A stretch of DNA of 64,000 nucleotides, taken from Eutreptiella sp. 'Long Island Sound 2002' (lineage: Eukaryota > Protista > Euglenida). The stretch is from contig OZ038379.1 of assembly GCA_964036045.1 (NCBI GenBank), positions 8,866,001 to 8,930,000 on the forward strand. The letters are read 5' to 3'. Under the pieces are notes generated by a model. It saw nothing but the letters and a program-made list of their open reading frames with translations. It ran no database searches and was not told the origin of the DNA. The position numbers were made by a program, and so were the translations under genes. Below, piece after piece: positions 26,201 to 38,400 of the stretch (position 1 is the first letter of the stretch; each line of letters opens with the position of its first letter).

Positions 26201-29200
26201 ACGCGGGAGGCCGCGGCTCAGCGTCCCGGCAGAAGGGGTGGGCAAAGGGCCGTACACACCCACCACAGACTACGGCCCTGCCTCAACAGTTCGCCAGACG
26301 CACTGGCCCTTCAACCGACCATTCCGAGCTCAGATCTGCTGCCGCGGGCATTCCGCGCGGAGCCGGCGGGGACCTCAAATTGAAGTCCACCCGCTGCCGC
26401 AGTGAGGCCAAGGAAGCAGCCGTGGGGAAGTGGATCCAAGTCCGAATGGGCAGACTTTGGTGTGCCAATGGCAGCCGGCAACGGGTCCGCCCATTCGGTC
26501 CACCCCATTCACATGCACCGCTTCGTTGTAGGCACACCGGCACAGGGGGTTACCGTGTCACACAGGTGTGCACGCCGATGGGGCCAGGCCAGACCTGAGA
26601 CACTGTGGCCAGGCCCGGTGCCCCACGAGCAACACGTCCTGTCCATGGCCGACTGTGACATGTAGAATGCCATCCACTGTGTTGGCTCACGCATGCGCTC
26701 GTCCCGACAGCGCATTCGGCTCAGGGGTCGGTGGTGCTTTTGTACGGAGTCGGTATCTGGTATCCGCCTTCAAGCGTCCGTTTCTGGGCGGTCCAATGTC
26801 TCGATTTGGGCATGACCGTGGAAACGGGCCGTTCGGCCCCTTTCCGGGGTCACGCCCAACTTGGGCACCTGCGGCAGGGCCACCGCTCCATCCCCCAACA
26901 GCAGAGCAGAGGTTGCGCCATCTGCGCCCCTTGTCTGTACCGCGCCGGTCTCCCATTCTCATATCAGAGGGGCAGAAGAAGATAAAATGAAGCGAAGATG
27001 GAAGGAGGATGGTAGAGATCGTCATGAAGAGGTATTGCGTGACAGGTACGGAGGACCAAGAACGTACAAAGGGAGGCAGGTGAGGGATCGAAAAGATGTC
27101 AGCAGATACAGAGGAAGGGAGAGGAAGCAGAGAAGTGTTGATGGGGTAGACAACGAGGGTGAAGAGCAAATGCCACACAGGCACGGGCACGGGCCCATGA
27201 ATGCGGGACAGCGTCGGGCTGCCGCGACGTCAAACACGGACCGTCACAGCGCGGCACAGTGCACAGTCTCTGAACCGACGGACACCGCACAGAAAGGAGC
27301 TGGTTGGCCCTTCCACCGAAAGTCACCCCATCCCACTTCCCGACGCTCAATGCCCCCCCCCCCCTTCCCAGAGGTGGTGCTTCCTGCGGAACGGCACCAC
27401 AAAGTGCAACGGGGCGGCGCGTGTACCTCGTCATCCTCTTCAATATCATCTTCAATGGCGCTGCCGTCGTCGTCCTGGCACACAGACGCACGGGTGGCAC
27501 GACAACCCCCACAAGACCAGACCGATCGCACTGAGGGGCGTACGGCGGCTGGGAAACTAACTGCCGTGCAGTGTTCTTTGCCATGGGGCGTGTGATGGGG
27601 CATGCAGAGTGAACAGCAGCAGACCGCATGCCTGAGCAGGTCTATACCTAACCCCACCCCACTATCTGGGGATCCGCTGATTTTTTGGGGTGGGGGTCAA
27701 CGGCTGGCCCAAGGAATCGGGGCGCGGGGGGGGGGGGGGGGCACAGAGGCTGAGTAAGTGTGCCAGTTGATACTTCCGGGTGAGGTGGTCGGTGATGGCC
27801 AAGAATAGGAGCCCATTCCTTTGTGAATCACTGGCGACCAGGGCTGGATATAGTGAGGGGGGGGGGTTCCCCCCCAGCCCACTTTGACCCATTTTTACCA
27901 TTTTTTGTCATTTTTGACCCCAACCACACATATCTGCATGTTCAGTGCATTCCGCTGATCAATTTGATGGGTGCCATGATTTTTTTGGGAATGATTTTTT
28001 TTGTCAACTGGGACCACTGTTGGCCCCTGCAAAAAAAAAATTGCCGGCTTTGCCTCCGAAAACCACAGGAGATGCATTGGGGAAATTTCGTGATCCTCAT
28101 TTCGTCATCTCAGGCTCAACCCCCCCACCACCACCAAAATAATTGCCTCACTAGCACATCCAGCGCTGCTGTCCACATCACTGGTGAACAGTTTTGGAGC
28201 AGAGGAAAAAATGACAAGCGTCCCGCCGTGACATGCGAGATACACTGAGAGTTGCCCGAACCCAGGAATAGCACCCAGCGCCCTGGTCCTGAAGGCAAAA
28301 GTGCAGACCAACTCAACTCCCTCAGGATCTAATTTCCTGAGGCTGAACTGCGACATGCAGTCGGTGCATGTTCCCCCCCCGAAAAAAAACGGTGCCGACA
28401 CTCAACGTTGGCTCAAGCACTGGACGTCGCTACACTATCTTGCGCCCGCACGGACGCAGGTAGACACTAGGCCCGGACCGTAGTCCCGGGCACAGACCAC
28501 GTATTTCGAGCATTGCCTTTGGATCAGCAGAGCGGCTGAGTGGTCGCAACGTGCTCTACAGTGCACAGTGGCAGCGTTGTGTGCTCATTGCAGAACATCC
28601 CTGAGCCGCAGCCCCGTCACCGCAGCCGCTTCAGCCAATGCCCCTGCGCAGGTGCCGTACCTCGCCAATGTCGAACTGGTCAAACACGGACCGCATGGAC
28701 CTTTGCTCCGAAGGAAAAGAAACGCTGCGGAACGAGGCCTTCATCTTCGGCTTCGGTTGCCGCTCCTCCTGCCCCGTCTCCCAACTTCGTGACCTGGGGT
28801 GCTTTACCTACACAGAAATGCACGGGTGCCTCACGAAGCAACGCGGAGGGCAGTGAATGGCAACGGTACCAAAAGCGGGGATGCAGTGCCTCATACACGA
28901 CTGTTTTCTTCACCAGCCATCTATTTCCCAAGTCTTTCCGCGTTTTGGGCGTGTGAAAAAGCTGCCGATGTAACTGAGGTTATTGTTTTACACTTGATGT
29001 TTTTGACCACGTTGAATCGACTCAATTTCTGGGTTAAGACAGTATATGCAATATTATTGTATAGTATTATTATATCATTATTTTCATATCATTGTATTCT
29101 CATATATGTTACTACTATCATATCCATTCAACACAAAAGCAGAATGGCAGCTGCTTTGCTGTGCTTTGCCGCAGGATTTAGGTAAAATCCCACACACAGT

Positions 29201-32200
29201 GGAGTGCAGATTGCAGCAAACTGTAGTGCATGCCAGAGATATTGCAGATGAAATCTTTGCTACGTATCTGCTGCCACATCGAGGCCGCCAAGTGGAATGT
29301 TGGGGTTGGTTGGTGGGGGGGCCGGTGGTCCTACTTACTGCAGCGGTTAGTGTGCAATGCATAGCGGACAGTGCGTGGAATGTGTAGTCTGGAGCGTGCA
29401 GAGTGCAGTGTGCGTGCAGAGTGCGGGCAGTGGCGGCAGTGCGGCTGCAAACTGCACAGAGTGCAGCGCGCAGAGTGTGCAGTGCCCCCCCTATGGCCAT
29501 GGACAAGCACAATCTGATCTTTGGTCGGCATCCCCCGTAGTGCCGTCGGTTATTTTTCCGCTTTGGCGCGACAATGGAGCGTGTACACACCAATGACAAA
29601 CACTGTACTGTTGTGGTCCTTGCGCCCTCGGGTATTCAGCCCCACATTTGGGCACAGAGAGAGACCACAGTGGTCTGTTCACTTGGCATCATCCGGGGGC
29701 TGAGGACGTCCGTTCTGAGTCGACCGACGGCGGTTGCGCGCCAACGGACGGCGGTTGCGCGCTAACCGACGGCGGTTGAACGGGATGGTTTTGAACAGAG
29801 AAAACGATCCTGTCCGGTAAACATATCCTTGGGGTGATGTGGGGGCTGGGTGTGCAACATGGCTGGGGAGGTAGGGGTGTGGGTGCAGGGGTGAGTGGGT
29901 GTGCACACCGACGTGCGCCTCCGAGTAGTGCCCTGGGCCTGCGGGGGGTCTTCCACATCATCTGCGTCCGGTTTGAACGTGCCGTACCCCGGGAGGTCCT
30001 CGTCCAGAGCAGAATCAGACCGTGACTGCCGCATTGGCGCGCCCTGCGGGTCGTGCTGCGGAACGTGGACACAAGGGGCAGACACCTCAAAGAGGGCTCC
30101 TGGCTCGAAGGGTTCTCACTGTGCACACGCGACCTCATGCATCTGCGCACGAACCTACTGGACAACCACATCCGCTGAACCGCACGCACATCCTCAACCG
30201 CAAGCTTCTGATCAACCCGCGCACACAAGCCCACAGTCGTCACAGGGATTCGCCACGGGGCGCCGTGATGCAGTAAGTGCACGGCGGAATGAAACCCCAT
30301 GCGCCCACTATACGCCCCCTGTGCGGCCACTAGCCCCCCCCACCCCCTGTGTGACATTCCGTCGGGTTGTTGCTCCTTTACGGGGCCCTGGACAGTCACC
30401 CGTTCTTCCCTTCGCATGTTGCGTCGGGTCGCTGTGTTCTGTCGGCCGCTGCGGCCTGTGCTCCTGCTGGTGTCGTTTCCCCGTCAGCGGGGCCCAGTAG
30501 TGTGCTGTAGTAGTGGTGTGCTCGTTGTTGCGGGGGTCTTTTTACGGTTTTTGCTGCCCACTCCCCTCCACGTTCAGGCGGCCCACCACACGCCTCGCCC
30601 CGTTTCCGTGTGTGAGGCCCCATCGCTCCACCCCTCCACGTATTGTCCTGGTCGTCCACCAGCCCCTCCCCCTGAACCCGTCGGTCGCACCCAACAGTCC
30701 CCAGTAATTCAGCGGCAGCCTGAGCGCAGGGCACGTGCAGGAGGGGGCTGAGGATGGTGCACGGACATGCTGTGCGGGAGTGGCTCGGATGGGGCTCTGC
30801 CAGGGCTCCTTTTAAGGGGGGCTGGCTGGGTGGATTTGGGGGGGGGGGGGTGGCTGGCTGCCCCCGCCCCAGTGGTGCTGAGTTTTTCGGGGCGCCAAAA
30901 GCGCCGAAGAAAATTTGGCCCAACCTTTTAGGGGGGCGGGAGGGGGACACCCCAGTAGTGGCGACTTGTTAAAAGGAGCCCTCGCCTCTGGGCCAGGACG
31001 GCCGTGAGGAGCAGGAGCGCCACGCCCGACCACGGAGGGTGGTCGCGGATCGACACAGCGCAACTGAAGTCGCCAACGCCAACGCCAGGGGGATGATAGC
31101 AATCGTGGACGCCATGAAGCAGCACCGACCGTCTACCGGCGTTGAGCATCCGGGACCTCGCTGTCACCAACGACACTAGGATCGCCATCGCTGACGGGGG
31201 GTAAGACCCGGGCCCACTGCGTTTGTGAGCGGGGGAGAGGTGGGCGGGGGGGGGGGGGGGGTTATCCAGGAATCCAGTGAGAAGCTGCAGCACCAGATGT
31301 CCTCCCGGACGCTCTCTGGCAACAAACAAGAGCGGCCAAGCGTTCACGGCCCCAGTCCCAGCCCAGTCCCAGCCCCTCTCTGATTCCCAGTCTCTCAGAC
31401 TTCCCAGTGGCCGATCCCCGCTGCCAGCCCCCGCTGTTGCAAGAGGGGCGTCCTTAGTAGGATTTGCCCGGAAACCCGCCACCCCCGTCCCCACAAAACG
31501 CGGTGCTTTAGGGCAGATACCACCGCAAAATCGCCGAATGAGGCGTAGCTTCTGAAGTCGGAGATGATCGGATTGGACTTGCGGGTGCGTTGCGGAATGT
31601 GATGCAGTTCGCAGGGGAGGGCTTCGCACTTGTTGCTGCTGGCCTTCCGCAGCGACCGAATGGGGGCAGAGACAGCCCCGCGCTTCACTGTCAAACCGTG
31701 CGGGTGCATCTTGGGTGAAGGCATACGACAGAGAACAAGAAATGGTGGGCTTTGGCTGAGAAGTGGCTGAGAAGGAGTGGACGGGTCCCAGTTTGCCACT
31801 GGTGACGACACACGCTGGCAGGATACATATACACGAGCACACACACACACACACAACTACACGGAACCACAAACACCAGCTACACAAACAGAAATACACA
31901 CGCAAACACGTAGACATACACAAAAGCAAACAAACATCCAGACAGACACACGCACGTCGAGAACCGTAACGTCAAAACGAGAGCATAAGAAAAACGCTGG
32001 ACGTCTTTCGATCTGTGGCGGAGTTGAAAGAGTATGCAGAATGTCCCGTGACCAATGCATGGAACAACAGGGGTCAGGTCAGCCCCCCCTTCAGTCCCTA
32101 CAGAGCCAATCTGTCCACAGCCTGTGTGTTGCCTCCCATCGTTGGGTGCAATCAACCACGCGCACACAGCCCCAGGTCAGGGGCAGACCGCGAAAGCCAG

Positions 32201-32409
32201 CTACGGATCTGCCACACACGCTGAGAACCGCGAAACAAGAACATAGCAAGACAAGCGGTTGGAGAAAACCCTCCGGAGCTGCAGAGCAGCCCGAGACGTG
32301 TTTCGGTCTGCCAAAGAGTGCACAAGATATGGCAATCATCAAGCAGACGCAGCCGTTCACCAGACCTAGATACATCCATGGAGGAGTTTGTGATTGTTCA
32401 CATCTGCCC

Positions 32410-32440
<31 letters not shown>

Positions 32441-35400
32441 ACACACACACACAAAGTAATGCACAGCTCCCAACACAAAAACCCTGAAAACAATAGGGCA
32501 CCGTACTGGACAGCTTCAACTTCTTGTCAGGCCACAAAACATAGAGTAAGAACAGACCAGGAGGCTGGGCGCCTTTCTAAGTGACGGTGCAACCCTGAGG
32601 ACACCCGTGACAATGCCAACAAGTAAAAGGCATGCCACACGCACACGCACACGAGGACACACCATTCGGAAACAAGGAGCTGAGTGACTTAACCGACCTT
32701 CTTTCCACACGACCTCTGGTCACAGGACACCCCTGCCCCAGTCCGGGGAGTTGGGAGATCGCGGGTCCCAGCTGTCGTCACAGGTGTGTCAAACCTCCTG
32801 CGGTTACCGAGGGCTTTCCTCCGTGAGAAAAACAGAAAAACAACAACACAGCCCATCTCATCACTGGGCAGTCCAAAATTGGTGCCACTCTCTTTCAATG
32901 GGCCGCAAGGAAAACTGCAGTGCATAGCCAGCGGGCAGAAGGAGGCGGGCAGCGCATGACGGAGAGACGTGCCTTACAGGGACACAGAGCATTCCCACTT
33001 GGAGAGGGGGATTGGTTTGACTGAAACCTCCCACCCATCCACACACACACCCTTGGACCAACAGGAACCCCCCCAAACAGCCCAAGAACAGACATATACC
33101 TTTGCGGCCCTAATCTCAGTCGGGCGTTCGAAGGACGCCACAGTTTGAGACTGTTGGCAGCCCCCTTACACCCCAACGAACGTTGTTCTCAAGTGATCCA
33201 CAATCAACCATCCGTGTAAAATCTCGTCTGAGACCCTTGGCTGACCCATGAAGCCCACAAAAACAGGACCTAACCCCCCCCCCCCCCCCCACCGGAGGGT
33301 CCTGTTTGGCCAAAAATGCCCAGAGGTGAATCTGACCCAGCCACACACCCATGAACACAGCCTTGACCAGCCCCCCCCCCCCCCCCTGTGTGACATTCCG
33401 TCTGGTTGTTGCTCCTTTACGGGGCCCTGGACAGTCACCCGTTCTGCCCTTCGCATGTTGCGTCGGGTCGCTACTTTCTGTCGGCCGCTGCGGCCGGTGC
33501 TCTGCTGGTGTCGTTTCCGCGTTCGCGGAGCCCAGTAGTTGGCGTGTTGGGACTGTGCTGAATGCGGCATGGTGTGCCGTTTGCGCGTCAGCGGCGCCCA
33601 GTAGTTGGCGTATTGAGGATGTGCTGGTTGTTGCCGGGGTCGTTTGACTGTTTTTGCTGTCCACACACCTCTGTCCACAGGCCGTCCATCGCCTGCCTCG
33701 CTGTGTTTCTGTGCGGCCCAGGTGCCCTGTTCCTCCACGCGCCGTCCGGGCCGTCCACCATATGTTTTTTTCCCCCTCACGGTTGGTCTGCCCCTGATGG
33801 GCTCCCACTCCTGTTGCGCAAACAGCCCATCTGGGCTGCGGGAGACACCCTCCACCTGATGCCGGTTGAGCAGGGGTTGCCCTGGCACCCGGTAGCGACG
33901 GGGTTGGCTGGCCAGGCCATCCCCTTTATTGTCGCTGCCTCCCATGCGCACGCTCTGCCATCCGCTCCATTCTGGTTCTCTGTTCCCGCTGTTCCCCCTT
34001 CAGGGGATGGAGGTTGGGGTGGCGTCCCCTCACTAAGACATCGCTTGTTGTGGAGGTGTGGCGTCCGGGTCGTAAGGACGGGACTGTGGGGCATGAGGCG
34101 TGGGCAATATGGCGTGGTTCTCAGGTGCGGTGACCCACTTCAGCAGATGCCCTGACTGAAACTCACAACGGTGCCGAGGGGTGTGACCTTCGGCGTTATA
34201 GACGGCAAACGCGCCGTAGGACAGCACCCACAACAGGCTCATGCTGGCGAGCACTACCACCAGCCAATAGATCAACTTGCTTTGCCAGTCCCAATTGCTG
34301 AAGTCCGTAACTCCCGACGTTTGATAGAAGATGAAGCCCAATGCACCCTACAAAACAACACGATGCGCGCGCTGGTGGTATCAACGACTGGTGGAGACGA
34401 CCACAAAGTCACTGCCTGGCCGATGCAGAGTGCTCAAAGGACGTGGATGGTTTGGGTGGTCTTTATTACAGGGCCGCCCGTACGGATCCAGATTTATCTT
34501 TTCCCCGTTAGAAACAGGGATGTTGGACGGCGCCCCGTTGGTGGGTAACTGATGGCAGTTGGCGGTTGGAGGGTAACCGACGGCGGTTGGCGGGTAGCCG
34601 TGAGCATTCCATTCTGTCAGCGTGACGAGCGGGGGGCTTTAAGGCGTGGCGGGGGGGCGACCTCGCTGGTCTGTGGACGCGCTCCCGATGTCACTGGGTT
34701 GGGCCGGGCTCTGGCTTGGCCAGAGGCGGAAGGACAATTTTGTCCACGGCTGCCTACAGCCACGTCATTGCGCTCCGCTTTGGGGACCCCAAGGACGGCC
34801 TGCCCCCCCCGACCTTGCTCTGTCGGCCCAAATTTCAGCCACCACAAAGCGAGGGTGCAGGCCGTGGGCTGGTTCCCCTTGGGGACCAGGAAACTGGGGA
34901 GCAGACTTTTTGCTGCCCCTACCCCCCCCCAACAGAAATGGGGCGGGACCAAAAGCAGACCCGCCCCCCCCCCCCCCCCCCAGCATGCCCTCGCACCCTC
35001 ACTGCAGGCTGGCACATGGTGAACAAGGTCCCTCCCCTCGCGGAAAAGGGGCGGACGCTGAATGACAAGTTTGTCGGGATCTGGGACCCGCATGGTAACC
35101 CAGCAGGTGGTCCTCCTCTCCCAAACCCAAGTGAACACCATGGGCCAATGAACGGACAGGTAGACCCATCCACCACTCAACCCCCCCAGCCTGCGCCCCC
35201 GACGGGAGGGGTGCACGGAGTCGGCGCCCTCAGGGCCTGAAAAGTGGAGGCAGTGAAGGGCTCACAGCTTGACCGCTGTGGGCATCCCTGGGGCGGCCTG
35301 CCCAGGGAACCTCCAGGTGTGCACGCGCCCCTCCAACCTCATCACAGACGCCTAGGCCAGCACAGCCCCGTGCACTGCAGTGCAGTTGTGGGCGACCCCT

Positions 35401-38400
35401 GGAGGCCAGACAGCCACCTGCCGACCCCTGCCCCCCACCCCCCCCCCTTCCCTTGGAGGGGCCAGTCCGGTGGTGTGCCCTACGGGCGCCTAGGACTAAC
35501 GGGGCAGCAGCGCCGCACCCGGGAACCTTCCCGGGCAGGTCCCAAGGCAGGGAAGCGCTCAGCGCGCCCTGGGACCCCTCCACCTGCCACCAGCGCCCCA
35601 GGCCATGGGAGTGCGGGACCCAGCTAGTACAGCAGCGCCACCTGTGCCAACAGGCAGTCAAGGAGCGCGGGTCCCCCCCAGTCGTGCCCGGCGCACACCC
35701 GTCCCCGTGCGTACGCAGTCGTGGGACGGGCGGGCAGCGTGTCTCTGTGACCAGGAGGATGCGATGCCCTGGCCCACTACTCCCCGGTGGGCTCAGCGTC
35801 AGGCTCCCATGGCCTGCCCCACCGGGCCTGGAGCACCAGGCCACACTTGCCCCCCACACGCAAGGCCCAGCCCCCGCCCACACCCCTGCCCGCGCGCGCG
35901 CCTACACACAGGACGACGGTATCTTCCGCCCATCTGCGCTTCGGTGGGGTCTGGTGGCTGTCGATAGTCCGCTCGGCCTTGGAACCGGACAGTCAGGTTG
36001 TTCAGCCTCGTGGTGGGGCAGGGAAGGAAGCCCACACCCGAGGGCCTGCTCCTGCATGAGGCCGCCAGCCCAACCCAACCCAACCCCCCCGACCTTGCGC
36101 CCCAGTGCGTACCCCCGTAGCAGCACTGCGCTCATGCGGTTCAACGACGTTGACTGTTGGCTAATGGTCCCGTAGCCGACTGCACTCGGTTCGCCGCTCT
36201 GGAGAGGTCCACGCGTCCGGGAGTCCAAAAGAGGACTTTCGGTGGTGTTGAGGCAGAGGGTCGTCCGTCAGGGGCCAAAAAAAAAAACCAATCAACCAGC
36301 GATCAGTCACGATGAAACGTGCCGCAGGTTGGGCCTGGAGGCGCAGGCAGACGGCACCGGAGCAATTTTGTTGTGGTCCAAAAAGCGTCATTGTTTCACT
36401 AAACCCCAGACAAATGATGTGTTTTGTGGGACCCGTTGTCGCGCCGCTTCCAGAAATTGCAGCCCCACACTTCCGGCGATTCGGGGGCAGGTCCCTTGCC
36501 CCGGGCCCTACGCCCCCCCGTGTGACATTCCGTCGGGTTGTTGCTCCTTTACGGGGCCCTGGACGGTCACCCGTTCTTTCCTTCGCATGTTGCGTCGGGT
36601 CGCTGCTTTCTGTCGGCCGCTGCGGCCGGTGCTCTTGCTGGTGTCGTTTCCGCGTTCGCGGAGCCCAGTGGTTAGTGTGTTGGGGCTGTGCTGGATGTGG
36701 CATGGTGTGCCGTTTGCGCGTCAGCGGCGCCCAATAATTGGCGTATTGAGGATGTGTTGGTTGTTGCCGAGCCCCCCCCCCCCGCCGCCGCCCGCCCACA
36801 CACGCAACGGAAGGTCCGTCTTCCCCGGCATATCAGCCGCACGAGCGTACACCTGCGTGGCGCCTTCCTCGCCGCACGTCACCTGAAACGCGTACAACAC
36901 GAACTCGGCGATCACGACGGCGTAGCACAGGACGCAGATGGCGTTCTTGGCGACTCCTGCGGACCGAGACATTCGTCGCGGGCCACCGCCCATCGACGCA
37001 AACAGTGGCCAAAGAAGACGCCCACCTCGTCTAAAACGGCGACCGCCCCACACGTCGCCAACCACCCCCCGCTACACGGGACGGCGCTGCGCGCCTCATA
37101 CACGGGGTCCGGGTGCACGGGCAAAAAAAAGTCACCGGCACGCTCAGGCGACGACTTTGTGGGTGGCTGTATGCAGTACCAGCCACGCGCGCGCGCGCGC
37201 GTAGGTAAGTGATTGTCACGCGTGCGTGTTACACGCGTGCATAACGGTTACTGATCGCCTATGCCTTCGAACAACGCAGCGGTTGTCTGCCCATCCGCCC
37301 GTATTGATCCTGAAAGATCGGTCGAAGCACAGGCGAACAGCATGCCAAAATGTACGGACAGTATGGCAATAGCACCATCGATGACGTCGGGGCTGTCGTT
37401 CAGCAGAGGGGGAAAACGAGAGCCGTCTAACTGGTCCAGAGCGCCCAGTACAGGGCGGTACGGGGCGCGCGCGCCACAGAGCTGTCGCATGCGCTACAGA
37501 GCTGTCAAAGGCAACGACACCTGCCAGTGCACTCATGATGAGGTCACACTTGGAGAAGGAGGTGCCGACGAGGTAATTGCAGCGCGCTTTGATGCGGCGC
37601 ACCAAATTCCGCACCGGGTGGTGATCCGAGAGGCTGCGGGTCATGAAACCGCTGGCGGTGAACCTGGAGAAGGGCGCGGAATGGAGGCGATGCAGAAGCA
37701 CCAAGGCGGAATTGGAGAAGTGCCGGGCTAGACTGGAACCCCTGGGATGTGGGTTCTTCGCCTACGATCCAACGGCCTGGATTCGCGGCGTGGAATCCAC
37801 AGGGGTATCGGAGGATACACGCGTGTGGCTCTGCCCACCGTTCAAGGTGAACGACTGGGACCCATTCAAGGCTTGCTGGGTTGCGGACGAGAGTGAGGGT
37901 TCGTGGCTGTTTGGGCGACGCCCTCGGGTTGATCGCATTGGGACTCGGTTGGGGCAAAGCACTTTGATAAAGAGGTCAGCAGAGTTCCAGTTCCACTCAA
38001 AGAGGGGGGGCGGGGGGTGGTTCTGAAATTTTGGAGGGCAATCGTTGGGCCAGCCGTCGCTGCCATCCGGTGTTGCCCAATGGGGACGGGAGGTCCGGGC
38101 TTTTTCGAAAACCTGCACAGGCAAAAAAGGCAATATGAACCCCAACAACAGGACAAGAAAAGGCCGGGGGACAGCGGCATGTGCAGGGGGTACTATCAGC
38201 CACACCGATTGCTCGGCGCGGAGGAAAACTTCACCCGATCACTTAAGACTGGGGGGGGTAGGGGGTAGCTCAAGGGGTCTGGGAACCCCCCCCCCCCGGA
38301 TGCTGATTGTTACGTGGAACACCCACCCTGTGGGTAAGACCTAATGAAGGTGAGCTAAGCGGAGGTGTGGGCGGGACATTGGGTCGGCTTACCCTTTGAT

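Noticed and set aside
27304-27534. Plus-strand hydrophobic ORF ([19 protein letters not shown])
   Set aside because: Antisense reading of the acidic 48-nt exon, which has proper splice sites.
29909-30043. Alternative exon [19 protein letters not shown]...
   Set aside because: Has AG/GT ends, but phase 0-0 does not fit the phase-2 acceptor at 28793 used in the chain; cannot be excluded without RNA data.
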